Shown one piece after another: positions 29,427 through 42,586 of a stretch of 64,000 nucleotides of DNA. The position numbers were made by a program, and so were the translations under genes. Location of the stretch: NCBI RefSeq assembly GCF_002854065.1, contig NZ_CP024147.1; one strand, given 5' to 3'. Numbering within the stretch: the stretch's first letter is position 1; the number at the start of each line of letters is the position of its first letter. The stretch is from Escherichia coli (GTDB lineage Bacteria > Pseudomonadota > Gammaproteobacteria > Enterobacterales > Enterobacteriaceae). The notes beneath the pieces are model-generated. The model was not told where the DNA came from. It ran no database searches and was given only the letters and a program-made list of their open reading frames with translations.

Positions 29427-32400
29427 ATGATTGAATGGATTATTCGTCGCTCGGTGGCGAACCGTTTTCTGGTGCTGATGGGCGCGTTGTTTCTGAGTAT
29501 CTGGGGCACCTGGACCATCATTAACACGCCAGTGGATGCACTGCCGGATCTCTCCGATGTGCAGGTGATTATTAAAACCAGCTATCCCGGGCAGGCACCG
29601 CAAATCGTTGAAAATCAGGTGACTTATCCGCTAACTACCACCATGTTGTCGGTACCTGGCGCGAAGACTGTGCGCGGTTTCTCGCAGTTTGGCGACTCTT
29701 ATGTGTATGTCATTTTCGAAGATGGCACCGATCCGTACTGGGCGCGCTCGCGGGTGCTGGAGTACCTCAACCAGGTACAGGGTAAGCTGCCTGCGGGAGT
29801 CAGCGCCGAGCTGGGGCCAGATGCCACGGGTGTTGGCTGGATCTATGAATATGCATTGGTGGATCGCAGCGGTAAGCACGATCTGGCCGATTTACGCTCA
29901 TTGCAGGACTGGTTTCTCAAATATGAGCTAAAAACCATCCCTGACGTTGCGGAAGTGGCGTCGGTGGGCGGTGTGGTGAAAGAGTATCAGGTGGTTATCG
30001 ATCCCCAGCGCCTGGCGCAGTATGGCATCAGTCTCGGCGAAGTGAAAAATGCGCTGGATGCTTCAAACCAGGAAGCGGGCGGTTCGTCGATCGAACTGGC
30101 GGAAGCGGAATATATGGTGCGCGCCAGCGGCTATCTGCAAACGCTCGACGACTTTAATCACATCGTTTTAAAAGCCAGTGAAAATGGCGTGCCCGTTTAT
30201 CTGCGTGATGTTGCGAAGGTCCAGGTTGGCCCGGAGATGCGCCGGGGCATTGCCGAACTGAACGGCGAAGGCGAAGTTGCGGGCGGGGTGGTGATCCTGC
30301 GCTCCGGCAAAAACGCCCGAGAAGTGATCGCCGCCGTGAAGGACAAACTGGAAACGCTGAAAAGTAGTCTGCCGGAAGGCGTGGAGATAGTTACAACATA
30401 CGATCGCAGCCAGCTCATTGACCGGGCCATCGACAACCTCAGCGGCAAGTTGCTGGAAGAGTTTATTGTGGTGGCGGTAGTCTGTGCGCTGTTTCTCTGG
30501 CATGTGCGCTCGGCGCTGGTGGCGATTATTTCGTTGCCGCTGGGGTTGTGTATTGCTTTTATTGTCATGCACTTCCAGGGACTGAATGCCAATATTATGT
30601 CGTTGGGTGGCATTGCGATTGCCGTCGGGGCGATGGTCGATGCTGCTATCGTCATGATCGAGAATGCGCATAAACGGCTGGAAGAGTGGCAGCACCAGCA
30701 TCCTGACGCCACGCTGGATAATAAAACGCGCTGGCAGGTGATCACCGATGCGTCTGTTGAAGTGGGGCCGGCGCTGTTTATCAGTCTGCTGATTATCACG
30801 TTGTCGTTTATCCCGATCTTCACCCTGGAAGGGCAGGAAGGGCGTCTGTTTGGCCCGTTGGCGTTCACCAAAACGTATGCGATGGCGGGTGCGGCGCTGC
30901 TGGCGATCGTAGTGATCCCTATCCTGATGGGTTACTGGATCCGTGGCAAAATTCCGCCGGAAAGCAGTAACCCGCTCAATCGCTTTTTGATTCGTGTTTA
31001 TCATCCGCTATTGCTGAAAGTACTGCACTGGCCGAAAACCACGCTGCTGGTGGCAGCGCTTTCGGTGCTGACGGTTCTCTGGCCGCTCAATAAAGTTGGC
31101 GGGGAGTTTTTACCGCAGATCAATGAAGGCGACTTGTTATATATGCCATCGACGCTGCCGGGGATCTCCGCAGCAGAGGCGGCGAGTATGCTGCAAAAAA
31201 CCGACAAGCTGATTATGAGCGTACCTGAAGTGGCGCGGGTATTTGGCAAAACCGGGAAAGCGGAAACCGCCACCGATTCTGCTCCGCTGGAGATGGTAGA
31301 AACGACCATCCAGCTTAAGCCGCAGGATCAGTGGCGGCCAGGCATGACAATGGACAAAATCATTGAGGAACTGGATAACACCGTGCGTCTGCCGGGGCTG
31401 GCGAATCTGTGGGTGCCGCCAATTCGTAACCGTATCGATATGCTCTCAACCGGCATTAAAAGCCCCATCGGCATTAAAGTTTCCGGCACTGTGCTGGCGG
31501 ATATCGACGCGATGGCGGAGCAAATTGAAGAAGTGGCGCGAACGGTGCCAGGCGTAGCTTCTGCGCTTGCCGAGCGTCTGGAAGGTGGGCGCTATATCAA
31601 CGTTGAGATTAACCGTGAAAAAGCCGCGCGTTACGGTATGACGGTGGCGGATGTGCAGTTGTTTGTGACTTCTGCGGTGGGCGGGGCGATGGTTGGCGAA
31701 ACGGTGGAAGGGATTGCCCGTTATCCCATTAATCTGCGTTATCCGCAAAGCTGGCGCGATAGTCCGCAGGCACTGCGCCAGTTGCCGATCCTGACGCCGA
31801 TGAAGCAGCAAATCACCCTGGCAGACGTGGCCGACGTTAAAGTCTCTACCGGACCGTCGATGCTGAAAACCGAGAATGCGCGCCCGACGAGCTGGATTTA
31901 TATCGATGCCCGCGATCGTGACATGGTATCGGTGGTTCACGATTTGCAAAAAGCGATAGCTGAAAAAGTGCAGTTAAAACCGGGCACCAGCGTGGCATTC
32001 TCCGGGCAGTTCGAGCTACTGGAGCGCGCCAACCATAAGCTGAAACTCATGGTGCCGATGACACTGATGATCATCTTCGTGCTGTTGTATCTGGCATTCC
32101 GTCGGGTGGGCGAAGCGTTGCTGATTATCAGCAGCGTACCGTTTGCGCTGGTGGGCGGCATCTGGTTGCTGTGGTGGATGGGCTTTCATCTTTCTGTGGC
32201 GACGGGCATCGGTTTTATTGCCCTTGCCGGGGTCGCCGCCGAATTTGGCGTGGTGATGCTGATGTATTTACGTCACGCCATAGAGGCCGAGCCGTCGTTG
32301 AATAATCCGCAAACATTCAGCGAGCAGAAGCTGGATGAGGCGTTGTATCACGGCGCGGTACTGCGCGTGCGCCCGAAAGCGATGACGGTGGCGGTGATTA

Positions 32401-32570
32401 TCGCTGGTCTGCTGCCGATTCTGTGGGGAACAGGAGCAGGGTCAGAGGTGATGAGCCGGATTGCCGCGCCGATGATTGGCGGCATGATCACCGCGCCTTT
32501 GCTGTCGCTGTTTATTATCCCGGCGGCGTATAAGCTGATGTGGCTGCACCGACATCGGGTACGGAAATAA
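29427..32570 (+). CDS. cusA: RND heavy-metal efflux pump CusA (1047 aa)
   Basis: 1047 aa, 12-TM RND architecture, [22 protein letters not shown]... Confidence 0.95.
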   Translation: MIEWIIRRSVANRFLVLMGALFLSIWGTWTIINTPVDALPDLSDVQVIIKTSYPGQAPQIVENQVTYPLTTTMLSVPGAKTVRGFSQFGDSYVYVIFEDGTDPYWARSRVLEYLNQVQGKLPAGVSAELGPDATGVGWIYEYALVDRSGKHDLADLRSLQDWFLKYELKTIPDVAEVASVGGVVKEYQVVIDPQRLAQYGISLGEVKNALDASNQEAGGSSIELAEAEYMVRASGYLQTLDDFNHIVLKASENGVPVYLRDVAKVQVGPEMRRGIAELNGEGEVAGGVVILRSGKNAREVIAAVKDKLETLKSSLPEGVEIVTTYDRSQLIDRAIDNLSGKLLEEFIVVAVVCALFLWHVRSALVAIISLPLGLCIAFIVMHFQGLNANIMSLGGIAIAVGAMVDAAIVMIENAHKRLEEWQHQHPDATLDNKTRWQVITDASVEVGPALFISLLIITLSFIPIFTLEGQEGRLFGPLAFTKTYAMAGAALLAIVVIPILMGYWIRGKIPPESSNPLNRFLIRVYHPLLLKVLHWPKTTLLVAALSVLTVLWPLNKVGGEFLPQINEGDLLYMPSTLPGISAAEAASMLQKTDKLIMSVPEVARVFGKTGKAETATDSAPLEMVETTIQLKPQDQWRPGMTMDKIIEELDNTVRLPGLANLWVPPIRNRIDMLSTGIKSPIGIKVSGTVLADIDAMAEQIEEVARTVPGVASALAERLEGGRYINVEINREKAARYGMTVADVQLFVTSAVGGAMVGETVEGIARYPINLRYPQSWRDSPQALRQLPILTPMKQQITLADVADVKVSTGPSMLKTENARPTSWIYIDARDRDMVSVVHDLQKAIAEKVQLKPGTSVAFSGQFELLERANHKLKLMVPMTLMIIFVLLYLAFRRVGEALLIISSVPFALVGGIWLLWWMGFHLSVATGIGFIALAGVAAEFGVVMLMYLRHAIEAEPSLNNPQTFSEQKLDEALYHGAVLRVRPKAMTVAVIIAGLLPILWGTGAGSEVMSRIAAPMIGGMITAPLLSLFIIPAAYKLMWLHRHRVRK

Positions 32571-32671
32571 AAGCAGGATACCCCGTTTAACCGTGTGGAT
32601 TGTGTCTTGCGACGATGGGCACTAAATGTTAAAAGGTGCCCCTCAACAAAAAAGACACACAGGGGAAAGGC

Positions 32672-34048
32672 GTGAAAAACGCGTCAACCGTATCGGAAGA
32701 TACTGCGTCGAATCAAGAGCCGACGCTTCATCGCGGATTACATAACCGTCATATTCAACTGATTGCGCTGGGTGGCGCAATTGGTACTGGTCTGTTTCTT
32801 GGCATTGGCCCGGCGATTCAGATGGCGGGTCCGGCTGTATTGCTGGGCTACGGCGTCGCCGGGATCATCGCTTTCCTGATTATGCGCCAGCTTGGCGAAA
32901 TGGTGGTTGAGGAGCCGGTATCCGGTTCATTTGCCCACTTTGCCTATAAATACTGGGGACCGTTCGCGGGCTTCCTCTCTGGCTGGAATTACTGGGTGAT
33001 GTTCGTGCTGGTGGGAATGGCAGAGCTGACCGCTGCGGGCATCTATATGCAGTACTGGTTCCCGGATGTTCCAACGTGGATTTGGGCTGCCGCCTTCTTT
33101 ATTATCATCAACGCCGTTAACCTGGTGAACGTGCGCTTATATGGCGAAACCGAGTTCTGGTTTGCGCTGATTAAAGTGCTGGCAATCATCGGTATGATCG
33201 GCTTTGGCCTGTGGCTGCTGTTTTCTGGTCACGGCGGCGAGAAAGCCAGTATCGACAACCTCTGGCGCTACGGTGGTTTCTTCGCCACCGGCTGGAATGG
33301 GCTGATTTTGTCGCTGGCGGTGATTATGTTCTCCTTCGGCGGTCTGGAGCTGATTGGGATTACTGCCGCTGAAGCGCGCGATCCGGAAAAAAGCATTCCA
33401 AAAGCGGTAAATCAGGTGGTGTATCGCATCCTGCTGTTTTACATCGGTTCACTGGTGGTTTTACTGGCGCTCTATCCGTGGGTGGAAGTGAAATCCAACA
33501 GTAGCCCGTTTGTGATGATTTTCCATAATCTCGACAGCAACGTGGTAGCTTCTGCGCTGAACTTCGTCATTCTGGTAGCATCGCTGTCAGTGTATAACAG
33601 CGGGGTTTACTCTAACAGCCGCATGCTGTTTGGCCTTTCTGTACAGGGTAATGCGCCGAAGTTTTTGACTCGCGTCAGCCGTCGCGGCGTGCCGATTAAC
33701 TCGCTGATGCTTTCCGGAGCGATCACTTCGCTGGTGGTGTTAATCAACTATCTGCTGCCGCAAAAAGCGTTTGGTCTGCTGATGGCGCTGGTGGTAGCAA
33801 CGCTGCTGTTGAACTGGATTATGATCTGTCTGGCGCATCTGCGTTTTCGTGCAGCGATGCGACGTCAGGGGCGTGAAACACAGTTTAAGGCGCTGCTCTA
33901 TCCGTTCGGAAACTATCTCTGCATTGCCTTCCTCGGCATGATTTTGCTGCTGATGTGCACGATGGATGATATGCGCTTGTCAGCGATCCTGCTGCCGGTG
34001 TTGATTGTATTCCTGTTTGTGGCATTTAAAACGCTGCGTCGGAAATAA
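32672..34048 (+). CDS. pheP: Phenylalanine-specific permease PheP (458 aa)
   Basis: From MKNASTVSEDTASNQEPTLHRGLHNRHIQLIALGGAIGTGLFLG (amino-acid permease signature). Confidence 0.9.
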   Translation: MKNASTVSEDTASNQEPTLHRGLHNRHIQLIALGGAIGTGLFLGIGPAIQMAGPAVLLGYGVAGIIAFLIMRQLGEMVVEEPVSGSFAHFAYKYWGPFAGFLSGWNYWVMFVLVGMAELTAAGIYMQYWFPDVPTWIWAAAFFIIINAVNLVNVRLYGETEFWFALIKVLAIIGMIGFGLWLLFSGHGGEKASIDNLWRYGGFFATGWNGLILSLAVIMFSFGGLELIGITAAEARDPEKSIPKAVNQVVYRILLFYIGSLVVLLALYPWVEVKSNSSPFVMIFHNLDSNVVASALNFVILVASLSVYNSGVYSNSRMLFGLSVQGNAPKFLTRVSRRGVPINSLMLSGAITSLVVLINYLLPQKAFGLLMALVVATLLLNWIMICLAHLRFRAAMRRQGRETQFKALLYPFGNYLCIAFLGMILLLMCTMDDMRLSAILLPVLIVFLFVAFKTLRRK

Positions 34049-34079
34049 GGCATTCACGCTACATCCGACAAAACGATGT

Positions 34080-34113
34080 CCGCTCTCATCCATTCGATGA
34101 GAGCGGTTTTTTT
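34080..34113. terminator. Bidirectional rho-independent terminator between convergent pheP and ybdG
   Basis: Perfect hairpin CCGCTCTCATC-cattc-GATGAGAGCGG followed by TTTTTTT. Confidence 0.6.
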
Positions 34114-34115
34114 AA

Positions 34116-35411
<1,296 letters not shown>

Positions 35412-35470
35412 TTATGCAAATCAGGAGAATCTGAGGGGAAATAGCCGGGCAGATGCCCGGCAAGAGAGAA

Positions 35471-36124
35471 TTACACTTCGGTTAAGGTGATGTTTTGCGG
35501 CAGACGAGATTTCGGCAGCGTAGCGTTAAAATCTTCAACGCTGTGATGACCTACCGGAACAACCACCAGACTGGTGTAGCCTTTCTCTTTCAGACCAAAT
35601 TCTGCATCGAGGATGGCGGCGTCAAAACCTTCGATGGGTACCGCGTCCAGACCCAGAGCCGCCACGCCGAGCAGGAAGTTACCGACGTTGAGATAAACCT
35701 GTTTTGCCATCCACTCTGCATCATCATGCAGATCTTTACGGTGCATATCAGCGAAGAACTTGCGACCTTTATCGTTCGCGGCTTTCGCTTCCGGCGTGGC
35801 AAAGCGGCCATCGGCATCTTCCTGGTCAACAACCAGCTTCAGCCAGGCATCGTCCATCGCGGTTTTTGCACAGAACACCACGACGTGCGAGGCATCAAGC
35901 ATTTTACGCTCGTTGAACACGTAATTACCGGCAGCGGATTTGGCAACACGCGCTTTACCTTCTTCCGTGCTGGCAACAATAAAATGCCACGGCTGGGAGT
36001 TGGTGCTGGACGGGCTGTATTGCAGTAGCGTTTTGATCTGCTCGGCCTGTTCCGGGGTAAGTTTTTTGCTGGCATCAAATGCCTTAGTGGAATGACGCTT
36101 TAAGGCGACAGAAATGATATCCAT
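35471..36124 (-). CDS. nfsB: Oxygen-insensitive NAD(P)H nitroreductase NfsB (217 aa)
   Basis: From [50 protein letters not shown]. Confidence 0.9.
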   Translation of the reverse strand: MDIISVALKRHSTKAFDASKKLTPEQAEQIKTLLQYSPSSTNSQPWHFIVASTEEGKARVAKSAAGNYVFNERKMLDASHVVVFCAKTAMDDAWLKLVVDQEDADGRFATPEAKAANDKGRKFFADMHRKDLHDDAEWMAKQVYLNVGNFLLGVAALGLDAVPIEGFDAAILDAEFGLKEKGYTSLVVVPVGHHSVEDFNATLPKSRLPQNITLTEV

Positions 36125-36217
36125 AAAGACTCCATGTGTAAGTAATTTTGCGTGCCAGCAGATTACAAGGTTCAACGAGAAATGGTAAGCGAGAAAAATG
36201 CGCTATAGATTTCCGCT

Positions 36218-36586
36218 TTACCCTGGACGCACTCTTTTTTGATCGCGTTTAGCTAAGCCATCAACCACCAGATTCCACGAATCGTTGATCAGATCGCAAA
36301 GTAACGCTGCGGAGATTTCCTCGCCGGGATAAACCGAAATCCAGTGCTTTTTATTCATGTGATACCCTGGCTTAATGCTCGGGTATATCTGCTGATTTAA
36401 CAGGGATTTTTGTGGATCGGACTTCAGATTGATAAACGGAATGCCGCGCATCTCCGACGACAACATAAAAATCTTGCCGCCAATTTTAAAAACATCGAAC
36501 TCCGGGCCAAACGGCCAGCAAAGCTCGACAAAAGGTAGCTCAAGGGCCAGGCGTTTCGCCGTTTCGTGCAGTGATTGCTTATCCAT
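36218..36586 (-). CDS. ybdF: Uncharacterised protein YbdF (122 aa)
   Basis: ORF and conserved position. Confidence 0.8.
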   Translation of the reverse strand: MDKQSLHETAKRLALELPFVELCWPFGPEFDVFKIGGKIFMLSSEMRGIPFINLKSDPQKSLLNQQIYPSIKPGYHMNKKHWISVYPGEEISAALLCDLINDSWNLVVDGLAKRDQKRVRPG

Positions 36587-36649
36587 AAACTTTCCTTAGG
36601 CGAAGGAGAATAAGCAAAGTATGCCGCGAAGTTCGGCGATAATCGACGT

Positions 36650-36898
36650 TTAATCCGCCAGCGAGAACCAGCGTCGCCAGATAAAGCGCAGAATAAAATA
36701 CTCGATAGCGCCCAGCGCTAAAAACCACAGGCAAAACAATAAAGTGTAAAGCTGGCTAAGATCCATCAGATGGAACGTGGTCACCAGTTTCTGTGCCAAC
36801 GTCAGTCCCAGTGCGGGGGCGGGCAGCAGCAGGCAAGAGAGGAAAGCCATCAGTAAAATGCCTGCTGCGGTGGTCAAGGTTTCTAAAGGGTGTTTCAT
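36650..36898 (-). CDS. ybdJ: Small membrane protein YbdJ (82 aa)
   Basis: ORF with two hydrophobic helices; conserved position. Confidence 0.8.
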   Translation of the reverse strand: MKHPLETLTTAAGILLMAFLSCLLLPAPALGLTLAQKLVTTFHLMDLSQLYTLLFCLWFLALGAIEYFILRFIWRRWFSLAD

Positions 36899-36963
36899 AA
36901 CATTGTTAAATGTAAGTTAAAACACCATTGTCAGGGATATTCTTCTGTAAGGCAATTCCCGAC

Positions 36964-38091
<1,128 letters not shown>

Positions 38092-38531
38092 TTATGTTGG
38101 CGTTTTCTATTCAGTATAGAAGTCGGAGCGGCTGGGCGAGATGCGGAAGTTCTGGAATGTTTCTTTTTTTGGTGATGGTGAACTGATGGTGCCTGAAGCA
38201 ATTTGGCTACTTTTGCAATGTGACAAGTTATGGCACGGCTGGCTGGTGGCGAAGAATTTTGACGATTGAGGCATGCAGAAAAAACGGGCTCAGCTTCAGT
38301 TGATTAAATGAGGAGTGAGAAGTCCGAAACAGGATTTACTGTATAAATAAACAGCTATTTTGTTGAGGAAGGGTAAGATAACGGCGGGTGCCTGAAGCTT
38401 TCCGGTTTCAGGTTTACTCTGAGGTCTGGAAAGATGAAGCCCCAGGAGATATTTCTATCAACCCTGGGGCTGCCACTCCAAACCAGACAATTTGGATGGT
38501 AGTTCCTTCTTCGCATGGAGGCAATATAAAC

Positions 38532-38684
38532 ATGCTGACGAAATATGCCCTTGTGGCAGTCATAGTGCTGTGTTTGACGGTACTGGGATTTACGCTTCTG
38601 GTCGGAGACTCGCTGTGTGAGTTTACGGTGAAGGAACGTAATATTGAGTTCAGGGCTGTTCTCGCTTACGAACCGAAGAAGTAG
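38532..38684 (+). CDS. hokE: Hok-family membrane toxin, copy 1 (50 aa)
   Basis: [50 protein letters not shown]. Confidence 0.85.
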   Translation: MLTKYALVAVIVLCLTVLGFTLLVGDSLCEFTVKERNIEFRAVLAYEPKK

Positions 38685-39034
38685 CCGTTGTGCGGGGAGT
38701 AATCCCCGCATATCCGGTTGTCAGGTCAGGATGGTAAGGCACCTGCTTTACACTTTCGCCCGCGGTCAGTGATGGCTGCGGGCGGTTTCGTTTTAAGAGC
38801 AATGATGAGTTTTGCCGACAGAAGTCCGAAACAGGATTCACTGTATAAATAAACAGCTATTTTGCTAAGGAAGGGTAAGATAACGGCGGGTGCCTGAAGC
38901 TTTCCGGTTTCAGGTTAACTCTGAGGTTTGGAAAGATGAAGCCCCAGGAGATATTTCTATCAATCCTGGGGCTGCCACTCCGAACCTGAACAACTCGGAT
39001 GGTAGTCCCTTCTTCGCATGGAGGCAATATAAAC

Positions 39035-39187
39035 ATGCTGACGAAATATGCCCTTGTGGCAGTCATAGTGCTGTGTTTGACGGTGCTGGGATTTACGCTT
39101 CTGGTCGGAGACTCGCTGTGTGAGTTCACCGTAAAGGAACGTAATATTGAGTTTAAGGCTGTTCTCGCTTACGAACCGAAGAAGTAG
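39035..39187 (+). CDS. hokE: Hok-family membrane toxin, copy 2 (50 aa; R42K relative to copy 1)
   Basis: [50 protein letters not shown]. Confidence 0.85.
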   Translation: MLTKYALVAVIVLCLTVLGFTLLVGDSLCEFTVKERNIEFKAVLAYEPKK

Positions 39188-39308
39188 CCGTTGTGCGGGG
39201 AGCAATCCCCGCATATCCGGTTGTCAGGTCAGAGTGGTAAGGCACCTGCTTTACACTTTCGCCCGCAGTCAGTGATGGCTGCGGGCGAATCGTACCAGAT
39301 GTTGTCAA

Positions 39309-39929
39309 TTAATCGTGTTGGCACAGAGTTATGACTATTTTTTCTTTTATCTGCCAGTGCACAGCAAACATCTCATTCTCACGATGAATGATGATCTGCT
39401 GTTTATTCCAGCTAATTATCTGATAGTCCAGAAAACCTGCATCAGTTTGGATCTCACTTGCCTTAAATGCGCTCTCTTTGGCGGAAAATGCCAGTGTCAG
39501 CGCCAGAGAAAAGGCTAAACCGCAGTCTGCGAGTCGCTCGTGTTCTGCTGGTGTAATAATGTTGTCTGTCAATTCGGTCGCTGTTTGCGCAGAAAAAATT
39601 TCTTCGATATCAACGCCAATCGGTTGACGGGAAACCACGGCTAATGCCGTAGCCCCGCAGTGGCTAATACTGCCGTATACCTCCGCAGGCCACACCGGTT
39701 GGCGTAGCTCGCCGATTGCGGGCACACATTTATAGCCATATTCCCGCAAGGCATAAACAGCAGCGATCCGTCCGGCTAAATGCTCTGTTTTACGTTTACG
39801 TCCAGCGTGTTGCAGTTGTGCGTAGTGCGGCAGCCAGAGTAAATCCTGCTCACAAAAATTCGCCGGATCGAACTCAACAAAATGCAGCGTATGTCCGGCA
39901 AAGGGGAGGGAGGTATGCGTAGTTTTCAT
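39309..39929 (-). CDS. entD: 4'-phosphopantetheinyl transferase EntD
   Basis: From MKTTHTSLPFAGHTLHFVEFDPANFCEQDLLWLPHYAQLQHAGRKRK... Confidence 0.85.
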   Translation of the reverse strand: MKTTHTSLPFAGHTLHFVEFDPANFCEQDLLWLPHYAQLQHAGRKRKTEHLAGRIAAVYALREYGYKCVPAIGELRQPVWPAEVYGSISHCGATALAVVSRQPIGVDIEEIFSAQTATELTDNIITPAEHERLADCGLAFSLALTLAFSAKESAFKASEIQTDAGFLDYQIISWNKQQIIIHRENEMFAVHWQIKEKIVITLCQHD

Positions 39930-39964
39930 ATCGACCATATTCGAGACTGATGACAAACGCAAAA

Positions 39965-40085
39965 CTGCCTGATGCGCTACGCTTATCAGGCCTACATGGT
40001 CCTGCAATATATTGAATTGGCAAGATTTTTGTAGGCCGGATAAGGCGTTCACGCCGCATCCGGCATGAACGACGCGCACTTTGTC
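39965..40085. repeat. REP (repetitive extragenic palindromic) elements between entD and fepA
   Basis: GCCTGATGCGCTACGCTTATCAGGCCTACA and GTAGGCCGGATAAGGCGTTCACGCCGCATCCGGCA motifs. Confidence 0.5.
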
Positions 40086-40103
40086 AACAATCTGACGTTA
40101 GCA

Positions 40104-42344
40104 TCAGAAGTGAGTGTTTACGCTCATATACCACGTACGTCCCGGCTCGTTATAGGTATACGCCCCGGCACCGGCGATATAGTTGGCCCCTGCCAAATCG
40201 CCCGTGGTCTGGGCATTACCCGCACGCCACAAACGTTTGTCGAACAGATTGTCCACGCCGCCGGTCAGACTGACATTCTTCGTCACATCCCACGTCGCGC
40301 TCAGCCCAACAATGCTGTAAGGACTAATTTCTTTGGTTTCCGGTCCAACCGCTGGCTGACCTTTATAGTTGTACTTCTTCGGCTGCTGCTTACCGTACCA
40401 GGTGAAGGTCGTTTGCATCGACAAATCTTCTCGTGCCTGCCAGCTCAGCGTTGAGTTCAACGTATACTCCGGGATGATCGACAAACGGTCGCCCGTGGTT
40501 TTGTTTTCACTCTTCAGCATATAAGTGATGTTATTAGTCCACATCACCGTTTCGCTAACCGGTACGTTTAACGATCCTTCCAGACCTTCAACCACCGCTT
40601 TCGGCACGTTATCCCACTGATAGAGATCGGTGCCGACTGCGTTTTGCCCTACAGCAACATAGCCTGCTTCAATCTTATTGCGATAATCGTTGCGGAACCA
40701 GGTCACACCCGCCAGCCAACCGTCGCGTTTGAACTCCAGACCAATCTCCTTGTTGATGCTGGTTTCTGCTTTCAGGTCATCGTTACCTTGCAGATAGCAG
40801 CCGCCCGCGCTGGCATAGCAGCCCTGGCCTTTACTATAGAGGATATAGTTAGGGTTAGTCTGGTACAGGCTCGGCGCTTTATAAGCACGGGCAATGCCCA
40901 TTTTGAGCGTGAAGTCATCGCCTAAACCTTGCGATATGTTCAGCGCCGGGCTCCAGTTATTGCCGACAATACTGTGATGATCGAAACGCAGCCCCGGCGT
41001 TACGATGGTGCTGTCAGTCAGCTCCATGTTGTTTTCGGCAAACAGCGAGAAAATTTCTGCTTTTGAATACGGGCTACGGTCGGTGGCACTCACGCCATCA
41101 ATAGCGCCACCGGTATTCGTTCCGGTCAGTGCCTGGGTGTTGGAACTTAAGTCCTTCATCCGTTGCTGATTCCACTCCGTACCCAGCGTCAGCGTTTGGT
41201 TAACGAGGAAATCAATCGGCAGGTTAACTTCGCTGTGCAGCATCACGTCATCAAGATCGATATCGACGAAATCCTGTGTCGCTTTTTCGTTAAATTTCCC
41301 TTCGGTGCCACCCGCCAGACCTTCCGGAATACGCGAGTTACGGGTGTGTTCATACTGCACCCAGTTGCTGGTGGTCACGCCGTTATCCCAGCCGCCGTTC
41401 CAGGTCAGCGAGTAGTTCTGGCGATACAGGCGGTTGGTTTCATCGCCATATTTCGAGCGAGTATAGGAGTCAGAGTTGGTGTTCTGGGTATCGCCCGCAT
41501 ACAGGTTACCCTGGCGGCTGTAGCCCGCTTCCAGTTCCAGCGATTGCAATGGTGCGAAGTCCCAGCGCACCACGCCGTTAATATCTTTATTGATCACCCC
41601 TTCGCGCCCGGCTGGTAACGTCGTGGCATACGTTCCGGCACGCGCGGACTGATGGCCCTGGTTGATATCCCACGCGTCAGCCTGAGTTTTGTCGAGGTTG
41701 CCATACAAGCGGAAGCTGAATTCGTCGCCCAGCGGACCGGTCAGGCTAAAGTTAGTGCGTTTGGTGGCACCTTCCTCTTTATGTTCTGGCGCATTGAAAT
41801 ATGCGTCCCAGGAGCCGTGCCACTCGCCGCTGCCTTTTTTGGTAATGATGTTAACCACGCCGCCCGCCGCGCCGTTGCCATAACGCGCAGCTGCCGGACC
41901 ACGCAGAACTTCAATACGTTCAATCATTTCAGGTGGCACCCAGGAGGTATCACCACGGGTATCGCGCTCGCCACGCCAGCCCTGGCGCACCGAGTTACGG
42001 CTGCTTACCGGCTTGCCGTCAATCAAAATCAGCGTGTTTTCCGGACCCATACCGCGAATATCAATCTGTCGGTTATTCCCTCGCTGACCACTGGTGGAGT
42101 TACCGGTCAGGTTAACGCCTGGCATGGTACGGATGATCTCCGACACATCGCGGGCAACGGGGTTTTTGCGGATTTCATCTGCGGTGATGGTCGAAACGCC
42201 AGGCGCCTGTAAGTTCTGCTCGGCGGCGGTAACGACAATGGTATCGTCATGTGAAACAGGAGTATCGGTCGGCTCTTGTGCCTGCGCTACCCCATAAATC
42301 CCCAGATTGACCAACAAGGCCATGGAATGAATCTTCTTGTTCAT
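40104..42344 (-). CDS. fepA: TonB-dependent ferric enterobactin outer-membrane receptor FepA (746 aa)
   Basis: From MNKKIHS...; TonB box DTIVVTA; C-terminal aromatic residue. Confidence 0.95.
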   Translation of the reverse strand: MNKKIHSMALLVNLGIYGVAQAQEPTDTPVSHDDTIVVTAAEQNLQAPGVSTITADEIRKNPVARDVSEIIRTMPGVNLTGNSTSGQRGNNRQIDIRGMGPENTLILIDGKPVSSRNSVRQGWRGERDTRGDTSWVPPEMIERIEVLRGPAAARYGNGAAGGVVNIITKKGSGEWHGSWDAYFNAPEHKEEGATKRTNFSLTGPLGDEFSFRLYGNLDKTQADAWDINQGHQSARAGTYATTLPAGREGVINKDINGVVRWDFAPLQSLELEAGYSRQGNLYAGDTQNTNSDSYTRSKYGDETNRLYRQNYSLTWNGGWDNGVTTSNWVQYEHTRNSRIPEGLAGGTEGKFNEKATQDFVDIDLDDVMLHSEVNLPIDFLVNQTLTLGTEWNQQRMKDLSSNTQALTGTNTGGAIDGVSATDRSPYSKAEIFSLFAENNMELTDSTIVTPGLRFDHHSIVGNNWSPALNISQGLGDDFTLKMGIARAYKAPSLYQTNPNYILYSKGQGCYASAGGCYLQGNDDLKAETSINKEIGLEFKRDGWLAGVTWFRNDYRNKIEAGYVAVGQNAVGTDLYQWDNVPKAVVEGLEGSLNVPVSETVMWTNNITYMLKSENKTTGDRLSIIPEYTLNSTLSWQAREDLSMQTTFTWYGKQQPKKYNYKGQPAVGPETKEISPYSIVGLSATWDVTKNVSLTGGVDNLFDKRLWRAGNAQTTGDLAGANYIAGAGAYTYNEPGRTWYMSVNTHF

Positions 42345-42504
42345 TGTTTTATTCCTGCATTTTTGCCACGAATTGCAACTGTCGGGCATGGTCGTCCTCA
42401 ACACGACGCATCCCGCTACCGCGAAAACCTTTGATCCTGAAAGACACGCAGTGCAGTTGGTTAATTAATGTCCGCGCTTCCCACGGCGCGCCATTACGCT
42501 ATTG

Positions 42505-42545
42505 CAAATGCAAATAGTTATCAATAATATTATCAATATATTTCT
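42505..42545. promoter_or_regulatory. Fur box(es) in the bidirectional fepA / fes-ybdZ-entF promoter region
   Basis: GCAAATGCAAATAGTTATCAATAATATTATCAATATA resembles overlapping GATAATGATAATCATTATC hexamer arrays. Confidence 0.55.
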
Positions 42546-42586
42546 GCAATCAATGAAAAATTGCACAGTAAACATGGGGTTATGGT

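Larger units (their letters stand above)
38310..39300 (+). repeat. Tandem duplication (two ~505-bp units, ~95% identical) of the hokE type I toxin-antitoxin locus
   Basis: Unit 1 ~38310-38800 and unit 2 ~38815-39300 align base for base with scattered substitutions; each contains mok-like leader, hok ORF and 3' stem-loops. Confidence 0.85.

Noticed and set aside
29631-32161. Multiple 60-280 aa ORFs on both strands inside cusA (for example 30168-31004, 30197-30871, 31446-31949)
   Set aside because: Entirely nested within the well-supported 1047-aa cusA frame; arginine/proline-rich translations typical of off-frame GC-rich coding DNA.
38355-39214. Minus-strand ORFs of 63-118 aa across the hok repeats (38355-38711, 38650-38841, 38857-39129, 38960-39214)
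   Set aside because: Mirror the duplicated hok/mok sequence on the opposite strand; the real antisense product of such loci is a short untranslated Sok RNA, not a protein.
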